Part shown: in pieces, positions 31,101 to 42,479 of the stretch
Position numbering within the stretch: the stretch's first letter is position 1
Layout: each line of letters starts with the position of its first letter
Source: Dudresnaya verticillata
Lineage: Eukaryota
Length of the DNA stretch: 64,000 bases
Direction of reading: 5' to 3'
NCBI GenBank assembly: GCA_977862235.1
Contig: OZ374563.1
Coordinates: 682,001-746,000, forward strand
Made by a program: the position numbers and the translations under genes
The notes under the pieces: generated by a model
The model's input: only the letters and a program-made list of their open reading frames with translations
Told to the model about the DNA's origin: nothing
Database searches by the model: none

Positions 31101-31481
31101 TCTCTCTCAGGAATGGCAGACTTGCAGCGCTCTGCAGTGGAATCTTTAGCTCATCTCGAATCACTGATGGAATCGGCCGTTGCCTTGGGCTCGGCCTCTG
31201 ACTACAGGTATTACTTGACAAACTACGCCAGTCGCATTGCTGGGGCGGTTAGCGACGATGTCGAGAATTGCGTTGTCAGGTTGCGAGAGCTATGCGATGT
31301 CCTGCTGCACAGCAGTGACCCCTCGATGGACAAAACCATTTTGGGGATGAGCAGTCGAGAACTGCTCAAGAATTCGGTGCTACCCGTCGTCTCCAGCAAC
31401 AGGCGTATGCAAAGGTTCGTGGCCGAGTACACGGAAAGCCTAACCGAGATCGAAAGACGCGCCAATGAGACTTGTAAATAG
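28185..31481 (+). CDS. HIRA: Histone H3.3 chaperone HIRA
   Basis: N-terminal WD40 (PPWLRH...VFSVDV, VKGVAWDPVGRYLASQSDD), B-domain GKRRITP and C-terminal Hira domain (SLAHLES, RLRELC). Confidence 0.96.
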   Translation: MHFFLPPWLRHGRPRAPASVFSVDVEPHGTRLASAGQDCAVKIWSLPVLRSLAVPASSATAAATAAAEAAAPAAAEALPPRGALLATISSHSSAVNCVRWAPAGRLLASAGDDAVVLIYHQLESAPGPTSAFAAAAAAAPGQPALENWRVRRPLRAHAGDVTDLCWSPDGQRLASASVDNVIYIWSVRTERAVVRLDGHTGLVKGVAWDPVGRYLASQSDDRSLRIWRTSDWKTEKLISKPFDSAVYKENSMAFFLRISWSPCGTQLLATNAYKKPGAHHAPMFSRESAFEEQIEFVGHREPVVSTRFSPRLYRAHPKKISAMRESVEAENKRNESVAGYVKKPPPDPLATYTCLALGSKDCGATIWQATGVRPFFDMAQMFDSDVIDLSWGSDGYTLVSCSTDGKIMYIRFESEELGVVVSQEETRNILTKVWREFGGAGDSAAPIPESATQLQMENAQKQVGEEKTPVPPVQRKGTPTQSAQQQQQSRLQQKQQPAQQSPQQSPQQSPQQPQQQAPDQLQRPNGHEGSARERVDVVEDTLDSEAHRQKPPLPPAAEKRRSDVPNSVVVAAAAARENGPTPPADPRIIAAQAEVRVKGGKRRITPMTVTAHAELKRDPPPTPLPTKRPALHDTDGDSVPATASPMKRPRANAFAIDADVSREGFTQSNVASSIATNGNYALPNGGEVHAKRDLASIARPGARPTAHAANLYAPSIVGLNMMLLPDRGEGPGRCRVISRDIPPTVLESKEHHGSGGGYVVMCSRAGEVQWRDYHPKSCPVTALAGVAGKYVAVGTGDGTLFFYSALSGRRLVPPIAIDSAPYMLEAITLQTEGPSDASTLKEELERWFVVLVSRSALCTVFDVKAKKLVCARSAASLLAKPQEPSATGKAESAKAKILREVAYCKVTEAGEPILVLTDGHAYVYSKSFCSWLRVADNFSPNSDFVRTIPASTKVGILRSLQARNRLTGKSLPSLSGMADLQRSAVESLAHLESLMESAVALGSASDYRYYLTNYASRIAGAVSDDVENCVVRLRELCDVLLHSSDPSMDKTILGMSSRELLKNSVLPVVSSNRRMQRFVAEYTESLTEIERRANETCK

Positions 31482-31571
31482 AGAGAACTAACAGACCCCT
31501 GACTTACTAACGCCTATTTATAATATAAAAGCCTTTTAACGTTTAAACAAAGTGCAATTTGCTGCGTGATG

Positions 31572-34493
31572 TCATTGTTGCGGTGATAAGCACGTATGCT
31601 TCAAGCTTTGCACAGTGTATGGATCCAGATCCAGAGAACAGAATCCTCCTTTCCTCTTGCTAGCTCGTGTTCTCCGGGGAATTCGTGCAAGAGAACCATT
31701 GCCTTGCCCAGCTTCTCCACCACTTCCCGATTTGCTTCTTTGAGCCATTATTCTCAAGATGGGGAGATACTCGGAATAAAGTGGTCTTCTAGGAACTACA
31801 TTTCCCGCTCTGAGATCACCATAGGTACAACCAAGGCTACCTCGCACACGCTTTGCTATTTGGGACAGAACGCCATCATCTTGACGAAGAGACAAATACT
31901 TCCTAGAATGCCAAACCGACAGAGCGTTCAAGTCCTTGGCTACCTCCTGACTGCGTTGGAAATTATCGTCGTAGAAATGTTGCTCTCCACAATAGTGTTG
32001 CTCATCGTCCTCAAAGTCATCAACAGACCAGTACACGTCTCGCTGCACCGCGCTGTTGACCATGGTGTCCGCGTAGCTCATTAGTTCTAGAGATTCGCTC
32101 CATTTCGATAAGACGTCAGGGCTTGCGATGTTGCTCCTTGACCCGCCATCCTGTTTTTCAGGAGGTCGCTTCCGCCTCAACGATCGCGGAGACGTCCGTT
32201 GAGGCTTCCGCGGCGAGTTCGGTGTGGCCCCGACAAAATTATCCGCCCCGACCTCGAAAATCGTTGCTACAGTATCCTGACCAGCAACCCCATTAATCAT
32301 GGTTAGTCCTTGGTTCACAGTCTGAGTCACCTCGGGTGATGATGGAGACATGTGGCTATTAGTCACAGTAATGGGAACAAAATCGGCTTCAAGCGAAGAC
32401 AACCCACGCGAGTTCCAAAACTGCAGCAAGTTGATGGCTTTCCTCGAGTCTCTGATATGGAGCTGTGCTACGCAGTCCACGATAGCAGTTGGAAGGGCAG
32501 CCATCTCGCCAGATACAACACGTTTCAGTACGGCAGTAGCTTGTCTCTCTGATCGATTTGGGAAATATATGTGTTTGTATGCCATCGGGTTGAGAGCAAC
32601 TGGTTCCTCCCTCACCTTCACAAAGAGCCTGTCAAGGTCGGTGCGAGCCACCTCTTTCGGCTCAACAAACATTTGGCGCATCTCCCAGTTGAATGAATTC
32701 GCTGTGCAGACAATTGGCCTTCGACACTCGCTAGATGTTGCAAGCTCCTGCAAGCTCTGCCAAAAGCCACGTTCATCTTCCTGGAGCTCGTCAACCTCCT
32801 CAAATAAAATCATTGACTTCGCAGCAGCTCCCGAGGACGCGTTCTTCCCTTGTTCTTCCATTTTGACACGGACACCATCGGCAAACGTAGTGTTTCCTGC
32901 GGCAACACGGTGTGTTCGCAGTGCCTCTCGGACCACTTCCCGTACCTTCTTCCCGTTCCGGCATACAGACGCGTTCACCTCAAGAACAGTTAATCCAAGC
33001 TGCCTCGCTGCGTTCGTTACGACCGTAGACTTGCCGCAGCCAACTGGCCCAGTGATAAGCGCAATACGCTCCATATCACACGGGTCCTGTTCTAAGAAGG
33101 AGGCTACGCAAGAGTCGACGTCTGAGTCGGACCCGCTGCACGGCGAAGTTGACTCTGAATCTGTGTACCACGGCCGTAGCCAGTCGACCAATTCCTTCAT
33201 AACGGAGGCACTGATGACATCCGTGCGCTTGTCCAGCTTATACTTTTCTGCCCAAGCCCGCCCATCGCCGCCCTCATGCGGCTGCAACTCCGTCCTCCGC
33301 GGGTGCCCGCCGTCTGAAACCGTATCTCCACCCATAGAGAGGTAGTACGGAAAAGCCTTCTCAACGCCCCCAACGTCCCGCCCCGGACCAGGCCCACACG
33401 CAGAGCCCACCCACGGCAGCAACGGCGGCGCGAAATTGACATGCTGTGTCGCGCCGACACAGCTCCACGCATCGCTGGTCGGCTTGGCGACGCGGGAGCG
33501 CTTCTGCCGTGCCTCCTTCGTCGTGGCGGCAGAAGCGGCGGCCGCCGCGAAGAATGGATGCAACTGGCGCGGCTTCTCCTTGCCGTGCGGCCGGGCGGGG
33601 TCGTCTGCCGTCGACGATGCGCGTGGCCTCTTCCGTGACACACGTTTCACAATCAGCGACGACGAGCCGTCACTGGAGCACTCCGGCACGGCGGCCTCCT
33701 CCGCCGCAGCGGCGGCGGCAGCCGCACGACGCACTAGGTTGCGCCTTCGGCTCAGCCGCGACGAGGGCTGCTCGTCGCCGCGCAGATAGGGCTCCGTAGG
33801 TGCGGCGTCGTCGGGCTGGCATGTGCGCTCTCCTGAGTTTCCCTGCGGTGTGATCGGAGTGGAAAGCAACGCCGTGGAGGGCGCGGGGCGGCGCGGCGGG
33901 AGGTCCAGCTCCGCGAATGGGGCGTGGAAACCGAGCTGTCGTTGGGCTGGCACGGGCGGGATGTCGCATGATGCCAGAGAGGTACAGATTGCGAAACGGG
34001 GCGGTGGGTCGACCGGCAAAGTGCTCGGGAGGTTGGACCGTGGGCCAGCAAGCCGGTCGGACTGCGGGTGGGTCTGTTTCGGTGCAGCTGCTTCAGGCTG
34101 GTTCACGACCGGCGGGGTCGGGGGTTGCTGCAGAGTTGGGGAGGCCAGGGCTTCAGGATTTGGGCTATGAGGCCGCGACGAGGCGGGGACGGATGACGGC
34201 GAGGCGGGTACGGATGAGACAGGTGCGGATGGGGCAGGTGCTGGCGACACAGGTGCAGGTGACACCGGCGCAGACGACCCAGGTGCCGAGGACAGCGGCG
34301 CGGATGGCACCGACGCGGACGGAACCGACAGGGAGCCCGAGGACGACGGCGGGGTGGGCGGCGAGGGTGTGGCGGGCGGGGATGGCGCCGCGGCGGGCGG
34401 CGACTTGGGCGCGGGCGGGTGGCGCGCGGGCACGGCGGCAAAGAAGGCGGTGACGGCTGCCTGGCGGCGGTGACGCTTGCGCGCGGGCGGCAT
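31572..34493 (-). CDS. ELG1/ATAD5-like RFC large subunit (PCNA unloader)
   Basis: WAEKY, Walker A GPVGCGKS, EVNAS, ILFEEVD and RPIVCTAN motifs, plus an N-terminal PIP-like QAAVTAFF. Confidence 0.85.
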   Translation of the reverse strand: MPPARKRHRRQAAVTAFFAAVPARHPPAPKSPPAAAPSPPATPSPPTPPSSSGSLSVPSASVPSAPLSSAPGSSAPVSPAPVSPAPAPSAPVSSVPASPSSVPASSRPHSPNPEALASPTLQQPPTPPVVNQPEAAAPKQTHPQSDRLAGPRSNLPSTLPVDPPPRFAICTSLASCDIPPVPAQRQLGFHAPFAELDLPPRRPAPSTALLSTPITPQGNSGERTCQPDDAAPTEPYLRGDEQPSSRLSRRRNLVRRAAAAAAAAEEAAVPECSSDGSSSLIVKRVSRKRPRASSTADDPARPHGKEKPRQLHPFFAAAAASAATTKEARQKRSRVAKPTSDAWSCVGATQHVNFAPPLLPWVGSACGPGPGRDVGGVEKAFPYYLSMGGDTVSDGGHPRRTELQPHEGGDGRAWAEKYKLDKRTDVISASVMKELVDWLRPWYTDSESTSPCSGSDSDVDSCVASFLEQDPCDMERIALITGPVGCGKSTVVTNAARQLGLTVLEVNASVCRNGKKVREVVREALRTHRVAAGNTTFADGVRVKMEEQGKNASSGAAAKSMILFEEVDELQEDERGFWQSLQELATSSECRRPIVCTANSFNWEMRQMFVEPKEVARTDLDRLFVKVREEPVALNPMAYKHIYFPNRSERQATAVLKRVVSGEMAALPTAIVDCVAQLHIRDSRKAINLLQFWNSRGLSSLEADFVPITVTNSHMSPSSPEVTQTVNQGLTMINGVAGQDTVATIFEVGADNFVGATPNSPRKPQRTSPRSLRRKRPPEKQDGGSRSNIASPDVLSKWSESLELMSYADTMVNSAVQRDVYWSVDDFEDDEQHYCGEQHFYDDNFQRSQEVAKDLNALSVWHSRKYLSLRQDDGVLSQIAKRVRGSLGCTYGDLRAGNVVPRRPLYSEYLPILRIMAQRSKSGSGGEAGQGNGSLARIPRRTRASKRKGGFCSLDLDPYTVQSLKHTCLSPQQ

Positions 34494-34933
34494 GGCGGCG
34501 GTGCGGCGGTGCGGCGGCGGGGGCCGGCGGCGCGGCGCGGGTGGGTGCGGGCTGCTGCGAAGGTTTTGCCGCGCGCACAAGGCACGCCGGGACGCGGGAC
34601 GCGCGGTGTGGCTACCCGCGGCGGCCGCGGCGCTGGCGCTTCTGGGACGACCGCCGTTTCGGTTTTGCGCGTTTTCGCGCGAGCAGCGCGGCTGGCGGCG
34701 GCGCGCGGGCCTGTCCGCGCGCGGCACTTGGCACTGCGTTTTCGGCGGCGCAGTCGTCGGCGCGCGATGCGGCCAGCAATGAAGCGGGAGAGAAATGCGA
34801 AGCCTTTTTGGGCACTGCCTCACCCACCGCGTCGCGCGTCGGGAGAGCCAGCCCCGCCTGTATAGCCTCGCCGTTCGCCTCGCCTCGCCCAGCGCGCCGC
34901 AGCCGCGCCGCCCGCTGCACAACCGGCACGACA

Positions 34934-35278
34934 ATGGCGCCGGACCCGCCGCCGCCAGGCCGGCGGCAGCTGCCGCGCAACTTCAAGGAGGAGCTGCGCA
35001 CGATGATGTCCGGGTTTGGCGACGCGACGCAGCCACGCACGGACACGGTGCTGTTGATGCAGGAGCTGGTGCTGGACTACATCGCGGCGCTGGTGGTGGC
35101 GAGCACGGAGGTTGCGCACGCGCACCGTCGCGAGCGCCCGGACGAGACGGACGTTAAGTTTGTCATCCGCAAGGACGCGCGCAAGCTCAAACGCGTGCGC
35201 TACCTGCTCGAGATGAAGACCGAGATCAAGAAGGCTACCAAGCTCGACGCGGAGGACATCCTCAAGGAACAGAACTAG
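34934..35278 (+). CDS. TAF13: TFIID subunit 13
   Basis: FKEELRTMMSGFGD...P..DTV.LMQELVLDYI...DVKFVIRKDARKLKRVRYLLEM. Confidence 0.92.
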   Translation: MAPDPPPPGRRQLPRNFKEELRTMMSGFGDATQPRTDTVLLMQELVLDYIAALVVASTEVAHAHRRERPDETDVKFVIRKDARKLKRVRYLLEMKTEIKKATKLDAEDILKEQN

Positions 35279-35693
35279 CACGCCCTCCACCGGGCTTGGG
35301 TTTCGCTAACTTGACAATCTCACAGTAAAGCTTGTACATACTGCATATGGCAGACACACACGCACATACACATGGTGGCATGCAAACGCACGGTGTGAAT
35401 GTTGGGCGTTTGGCGTTTGCTGGCTTTCCATCCTTTGAAATACAGTGTTCTTTTGCGGGGGAAAGTACGGCGTCGCGTCCAAGTGCGGTGCACCCGTTTG
35501 TGTTGCCGTCTCTTCTTTTTTCCTGGCGTCGAGGATTTGTGTGAGACAGGCACTTGATGTTTATTATGAGTTTGGCATTGCAAGCACTATATACAGGTCA
35601 TGAAAATGGGTGAGGCGCGAGCATGCTCCTCAAGTAGTATGACGCTGCCGGACTGTAGAGAGCGGGAAGCGTTAAGGCACGGGCGCGTCGCGG

Positions 35694-36344
35694 TCAGGGA
35701 AGGAAGGGAATCAGGAAGACACGACCCGAGCCTGAAGTGAGGAAAATGACTTGCGGGGGAGTGGGTGACGGAGTGATGTAGTAGGTGTTGCACCACTCAG
35801 CAATCAGGATATCCCTGACGCCTCCCCCACTCAAGACGTTAATCGAGAGGCAATTGTCGTCCTGAAAGACATGCCTCGCGACATAGGTGGCGACATCGCA
35901 GGGCCAGCGCTGATGGCCGTAGAACGAAGCAAAGCTGGCGAGGACGACGTCCTTGTCCGCCATGCAGAAAGAGTGGCCGCGGATGTTAAGGGTGGTCATG
36001 GAGACGGCGCGCGCGGAAAAGTCATCGACGACCGCGAGGATGTTGGGCTGGTAGAGGTTGAGGTCGACTATGCTGAGGAACGCGCGAAAGTCGGAGGCGA
36101 GGCCCTTCAGCAGGCCGAGGATGGTGGAGTCGGGGATGGCCAGCGACTGCAGAAAGGCGGCCCTTGCCGGGAACTTGGCAAAGCCGTTGCGGTCCGACTT
36201 GAGAATGGTGGGCAGGTCGGCGGCGTCGTGGTCGGACAGGCGGCGCACGCGCTTGGGGAACTGGCGCGCGGCCAGCGCGGTTGGCGGCAGCACCGACACG
36301 GCCTCTGCGCGGGAGCGCTTGACGCCGGTGGCGGACGAGGCCAT
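35694..36344 (-). CDS. Hypothetical protein (216 aa)
   Basis: ATG-initiated ORF with protein-like composition and high third-position GC, downstream of a GC-rich promoter-like zone. No recognised motif. Confidence 0.6.
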   Translation of the reverse strand: MASSATGVKRSRAEAVSVLPPTALAARQFPKRVRRLSDHDAADLPTILKSDRNGFAKFPARAAFLQSLAIPDSTILGLLKGLASDFRAFLSIVDLNLYQPNILAVVDDFSARAVSMTTLNIRGHSFCMADKDVVLASFASFYGHQRWPCDVATYVARHVFQDDNCLSINVLSGGGVRDILIAEWCNTYYITPSPTPPQVIFLTSGSGRVFLIPFLP

Positions 36345-38793
36345 GTTTGAGGAAGCGTTGAGCGGTGTTGCTTTTCTGTTTTTTTTGTTTTCGGTCTTTT
36401 GTGAGACGGCGTGGCGCGGCGGTTCGGTACGGTGCGCCGCGGACGGCTTCGGCTTCGGGTCGGCAATTTCGGATGCGGCGGCGCGGCGCTCGGCAATCGG
36501 CGAGTGGTGACGGCGGCGTTGGCGGTGCTGCTGCGCGCTTTATGCGGAAGCGGCGGGCGGGAGGCTCCGACCGGGCGGACGAACGGCTCGCGGGGAGCTT
36601 GCGGAGACCAGCTGCGCCAAAGTATTCGAAACAGTAACAGAGTCAACAGCGGCCGCCTCTCGCGCGGGCACAGCGCAAGCTGTTCAAACGCAAAGCGGAA
36701 GCGAAGCGGCGCGGGCGCGGTCCAAGCGCAAGCGCGCGGCAGCGTCCGTCAGGCGACCGTCCGCGCTCGCAGTCTCTGAATCGCGCGGTGTTTACGGGAG
36801 CGCCTCTGCGTGCGTGCGTGCGAGCGTGCGAGCGTGCGCGCGGGCGGGCGGGCGGGTTCGGCGGCGGGAGCGGGCGTATCGGCGGCGGCGGGCGGGCGGG
36901 CGGGCGTCGCCCGCGCGCGCTTAAGACGGCCGAGCCACGGCGGCCTCGGCACGGCCGCGGCGGCCCCGCGGTGAAACGGAAACGGCGCGCGCTGCATTCT
37001 CGTTGGTCCGAACGGGCGCGCAGCAGGCTGCCGTTACATTGCTGCATGACGCGGCGCGGTGGCGAGATGCCGCCTGGAGCGCGCGGTGCTGCCGAATCAC
37101 ATGCGCGTTATATTGGCCGTCGGTCGCTGCCGCATATACGCAGCAGCAGCACCCTCGTGCTCGCATATGCGGTCCATCGCCGCGCGCCGCGTGCTTGCGC
37201 TGAGCGTGACGTGTCCGTGGCCGCTGGCTGTCCGCGCAAACAGCCCTATTTAGGGTTTGTGCCGCGACGCGCCCACCTCTGAAAGCGGCACGTGCCCCTT
37301 GCACAGTGCAGTTGTACACGGGGGATGCTATAATATCAGCATTCGAGCCCAACATTCAGCATCAGCGCCCAGTGCAGTCTTGTTTATGGGCGCTCGATCA
37401 TGTCACGCGTGACTGCCAACCCGATATTCAGCATAACGCGAGTAACGCGATCCTTGATCCCGATCCCAATTGTTCAACTGCAGTGCAGTAGCATTGTGTA
37501 GCATTGCTCGCCTCGCTACAAGACCTTTTCGTCAAGCTTGTACCGTATGATAACAAAGGGCTAGGTTAGGTTACTCGTTTCGGCAGCCAATTCCAAAGCC
37601 TTTTGGCTGCCTGTTTTCTAGACGCTCTATAGCTTTTGTGGGCCGACCGCTTGGTGCGCTTGCACATTCCGTCTTTAACAAAGTCGCCTCGAGATATCAA
37701 CTGCGGGCCAGTTCGACCTGCAACGACAATATCTGTCATTTAACTTTTAACATCCGGCACACGTAGTACTGCCGTTCTCTACTGCACAATACAACTGGTC
37801 AAGGTCAATGCCGTCGGCGCTGCAGCCATCGCGGAGGAGCCCCCCGTCCTAGTTCCGTCCATTATACCGCTTGTGCAACGCTTTGCATTGCCATGTTAAA
37901 GCGCATCCTCACATGCCACCGTCATTATAGCTTTCTGCAAACCGCCTGGTGCACTCATTATATTTGGCTCACCGTCACCGCCTACATTCCACTGCACACC
38001 TGTAAACTACCAGGAACAGGCGAGGAGACAAGGAGAGGACAAAGCGAAAAGCAGAATCGAACCAAAAACACTTTGCAGCTTCTGGCCGTGTGGATAGCCT
38101 TGCCGTCGATAAGGATACCCAAGCGTATCTGAAGCAGCCGCACAGTATGAGTACTGTGCTGCAGCTGCTGCAGGGGCAGTAACGTCTCTCTCTGTCTTTA
38201 GGTATACACCTTCCGGCAGTCCTTCTCTCACGCCGCATGTCACCCTTTGCTCGCAACGCAGTGCCCCAAATGCCTGCATCCATCGCAATCCACATGCTTC
38301 TGTAAACCACCTCCCTACACAACCTGTCTCATACACGCACACAACACGCTCCCCACCATTTGTTGTTAAAAGATAAAGAAGATCAAGCTCAGCTTGCCTC
38401 GCCGCTGTTCTCGCTGAGCACATGCGAAAAGCCAATCCGAACAAATCCAATCGCAACTCTATCTCTCTGATCTCATGCCAAAACCAATTCAACTTTAGCA
38501 AAACATTCCAAAATCCTCCAGTTTTTCCAATTTTCCCTCTTCCACTGCTTACACTACTTTCAACTGTCAGCCCCTCTATTCTCCCCATCCGATCGACCTT
38601 GTCGATGCCCATCCCAGCAACCAGCATTAGCGCCCGCCCACCTTGCCATCAATTCCGTCATTCTGCCCATCCACCAAACGTTTTCTTTAGCGACCTTGTC
38701 AATTCCCAACATCCTCAAACACAATCCACTCCTCCTCAGCTCCTGCCCACGCGCGCAACCTCTTACTTTAGTCACCACGCACCGCGGGCGCCA

Positions 38794-39588
38794 ATGCTAC
38801 GACAAGCACTTTCGGTCGCGCGCCGCGCCGCCGCGCTCTCGCCGCAGCCAACGCGTGCGCCGCCGTCATCGTCGCGCCGCCACGCGTTTTCCGCCACGCG
38901 CCCGGCATTCGCGGCCGGGCTCAACGTGCATCGCGACTCGCCGGAGAACACGCATGACACCCCGTTCGACTTCACGGATGACAACTATGAGAAGATCGCC
39001 GTGATCCTCAAGCGCTTCCCGAAAAACTATGCCGCGTCGGCGGTCATCTCGCTGCTGGATCTCGCGCAGCGCCAAAACGGAGGCTGGCTCCCGTTGGCCG
39101 CCATGAACAAGGTTGCCAAGCTGCTTGACATGGCCCCGATTCGTGTTTACGAGGTGGCTAGCTTCTACACCATGTTCAACCGCGAAAAGGTTGGCAGGTA
39201 TAATGTCCAGGTTTGTACCACTACTCCTTGCATGCTGCGAGGTGGCTATGACATTTTGGAGGCCGTCAAGGAGCATCTTGGAATTGACGTTGGTGGTGAT
39301 ACGGACGATGGCTTGTTTCATCTCATGGAGGTTGAGTGCCTTGGTGCGTGCGTGAATGCTCCCATGGTGCAGATCAACGATCACTATTACGAAGATCTCA
39401 CAAAAGAGACGGTCAAGTCTGTCCTCTCAGATATCAAGGCTGGAAAAGCTCCCAAACTTGGACCGCAAGTCGACAGAAATGGATGTGAGGGTCCCCAGGG
39501 GCGCACCTCACTCCGCAGCGAGGCACGCGGACCGTTCTGTCGAGACTTGGCAGCACTAGCTGCGGAAGCACAGGAAAAGGGAAGCTGA
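38794..39588 (+). CDS. NDUFV2: Complex I 24-kDa subunit (NuoE) with a mitochondrial presequence
   Basis: [49 protein letters not shown] and [12 protein letters not shown]. Confidence 0.97.
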   Translation: MLRQALSVARRAAALSPQPTRAPPSSSRRHAFSATRPAFAAGLNVHRDSPENTHDTPFDFTDDNYEKIAVILKRFPKNYAASAVISLLDLAQRQNGGWLPLAAMNKVAKLLDMAPIRVYEVASFYTMFNREKVGRYNVQVCTTTPCMLRGGYDILEAVKEHLGIDVGGDTDDGLFHLMEVECLGACVNAPMVQINDHYYEDLTKETVKSVLSDIKAGKAPKLGPQVDRNGCEGPQGRTSLRSEARGPFCRDLAALAAEAQEKGS

Positions 39589-39707
39589 GAGGTATCCAAT
39601 TTTCTTAGAAGGATATTATCAAGAAGCTCACTTGTAAACCTAAAGCGTCTAGCATCGGAATACGTCTCCTGCGAGCCTGGCATCGCGCCCCTGTCGCACT
39701 ACTGCAA

Positions 39708-41250
39708 TCAAACATTGACAGCCTTTGCAGCTTTCGCTGCGTTCTCTGCTTGCTCGGCAGCGGCAATATCGTCGGGTATTGTCGTCCGTTCTACTGCAGA
39801 AACGACATCTTCTGACAAGCCTTTGGTGAGCCATTCCGGTTGCGGTAAGCCCTTCTCGGCTAGAAACGGAGGATTGAAAAGCTTGCCTGTGTATCGGGTT
39901 CCCAAGTCGCACAAAACCGTGACTATGTTATGCCCTGGACCCAGCTCCTTGGCAAGTCGCATTGCCCCGGCAATGTTGATTCCTGACGAAGTTCCTAAAC
40001 ACATGCCCTCTTCCTGCATGACCTGGTAGACAATATCCAAAGCCTATATCAAAATGATGAGAAACGAAACGGGATGTATGTTAGCTGTACCGCAATTCGC
40101 AGTTGTAGATTTCGATGTTTGCCTCAAGATGGCGCTCGGTAGCTTACCTCCTGATCGGGGATCTCAAAGGCATAGTTCGGTTTGAAACCCTCGAGGTTGC
40201 CCGTGATGCGACCCTGCCCAATTCCCTCGGTAATGGAACCGCCCTCCGCCTTGAGCACGCCCTCATTGTAGTAGCGCACCAACTTGGCACCACAAGGGTC
40301 CGTAAGCGCAATCTTAACCGTATCACTCTTGCTCCGCAAAAACTCGGCAGTTCCCGCTAGCGTACCGCCAGTCCCAACGGCGCAGCTAAAGCCGTCAACC
40401 TTGCCGGCAAGCTGAGCCCAAATCTCCGGACCGGTAGTAGCGACATGGGCGGCACGATTCGCAGTGTTGTCAAACTGGCTGGTGTAGAGGGCACCAAGTT
40501 CCTTTGCGAGGCGGGCGCCGTACTTGACGTAGTTGTTCGGGTTGGTGTACGGCTTGGCAGGGACCTCGACCAGCTCGGCACCTGCGTAGCGCAGGGCGTC
40601 CTTCTTCTCCTGCGACTGGGTCTTCGGAATGACAATGACGCACTTGTATCCCCGCGACGCGGCGACCTCCGCCAGACTGATGCCCGTGTTGCCCGCGGTA
40701 GACTCGACGATTGTGCCGGGCTCTCCCGGCGTAAGCAAGCCGCGCTCCTCCGCGTCCTTCACCAGGTACAGCGCGGCGCGCGCCTTGACAGACCCGCCCT
40801 GCGCGAGGGTGACGAGATATCATCCCAACACAAGCGAGGAAGCGAGCGAGCGATAGGGAGAGGGCGACAGAGTCAGTACGGCACAAGATCGGGGTCAAGC
40901 ACGGACGCGCGCTCGCGCGCGCGGCGGACAGCGCGCGCACGTACCGGGTTCATAAACTCGGCCTTGCCGTAGATATTGCAGCCGGTCTCGCGCGACGCGC
41001 GCTGCAGACGGATGAGCGGGGTGTTGCCAATGGCGTCCGCCATGCCGTCGTACACGTTGTCGGCGACAACGCGGCGCGGCGGGAACGGGCGCGGCGGCGG
41101 CGGGGGCGGTGGCGCAGCCATGGCGGACGCGCGGCGCGGGCGCGGGCGAGCGCGGCGGCGGCGGCGTGCGGGTAGCACGTGCGGTAGGACGCGGGCCCTG
41201 GACAGCAGCGGCAGCGGCAGCGGCGGCGACGGGAGGAAGCACGCGGGCAT
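39708..41250 (-). CDS. Cysteine synthase (PLP-dependent), likely organellar; exons 41250-40945, 40798-40148 and 40043-39708
   Basis: IGNTPL, KAEFMNP|GGSVK, STAGNTG, GTGGT, EGIGQG and GTSSG motifs. Two introns (GTACGT..CAG and GTAAGC..CTAAC..TAG) splice in frame. Confidence 0.93.
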
Positions 41251-42479
41251 CGGCGGGCGGGCGTCGCGACGCGGGGGCTTCTCCCGCGCGCGGGGCGAAA
41301 CGTTTTCGCGCGCGTGGATTGAGATGCAGCAGCAGCGGGTGATGCCGCCTGGCGGGCGCGCGCGCGGCCGCGCGGCGTGGCGGATCTGATCGCCGCGCGT
41401 GGGGGCCGCGTGTGGAAGGCGGGCGCGACGCGCGCAGCAGCGAGCCGAGTTGCGAGCGAGAAGTTTCGAAAAAAGTGCAACGCTTCAACGGCGGGGGCGG
41501 CGCGGGCGCGGGCAAATCTGGTGCTCGGAGATATGCGCCGCGGGGTGTCCGAAATCACGATCTGTTGCGCTGGTGCTTGCGGAGGGGGCGACAAAAGGGC
41601 CAAGCGCCAAGCCCGGTACCGAGTTCCACCTGGGCGTGCGCGCTATATCAACTCGACCGACGCGCGCTGTCCGCTGTTCTTGTCCGCCGCGCCGCAACCC
41701 GCCCTCTTCAACTTGCTGATGCGTGCTACCCGCTTTGCTACGGCGGCACCGCCCCGCGATGTCGAGGCGCGCAGCGTGATGGCTTCTCGTCAGAGTAAGT
41801 CGGGCGTGCAACGCGTGTTCTGCCGCTCTCCGTCGCCCACCAACTCCGCGGCATCGCGCCACACAGCGACTGGCGGGTCTGCTCGACTGCGTTCATAGTA
41901 TCGACGTTTAATGCACAAAAGCTGTTTCGAATCTGTTCTGCTACTTGATCAATGCGTACTCAGGGAAAAAAAGAGTCTCTGATGCTAAGATACCGAAGCG
42001 CAACAAACAATGCAACAGCCGGGATGACAAGGACACCGGGGCGACGCAAGCGCACAACAATGAAAGACAAAAACCCGGGATCCAAACAAAACAAAAAAAG
42101 GTCTGCACCACACAAAGGTACAGCCCTGCTCAAATGGTACAAACAACGGCCAACCACAGCAGGTTACCCACCACACCTGCTCCTCTTCTCGCAACCCAAA
42201 CCTCACCAAAACCTTCACTCGTCACTAATGTACATGTTGGTGGAAAGTCGTATTCCAGAACCTTGGCACTGTCGATGTGCCCAACGCATTCTGCTTGCTT
42301 TCCTTTCCGATTTGCCGTATGCATAATATTCTTCCCTCGTCACCATCGTGGCCTTCTTCCGTCTGTGCAAAAGCCAACCGTGTCTCTCTCTTCGTCAACG
42401 GCCACGACCTGCCATGGAGAAAAAGAACAACTGCCTATGAAATGATCACAAACATTGGAATGCATTCTTAATGTTTTCC

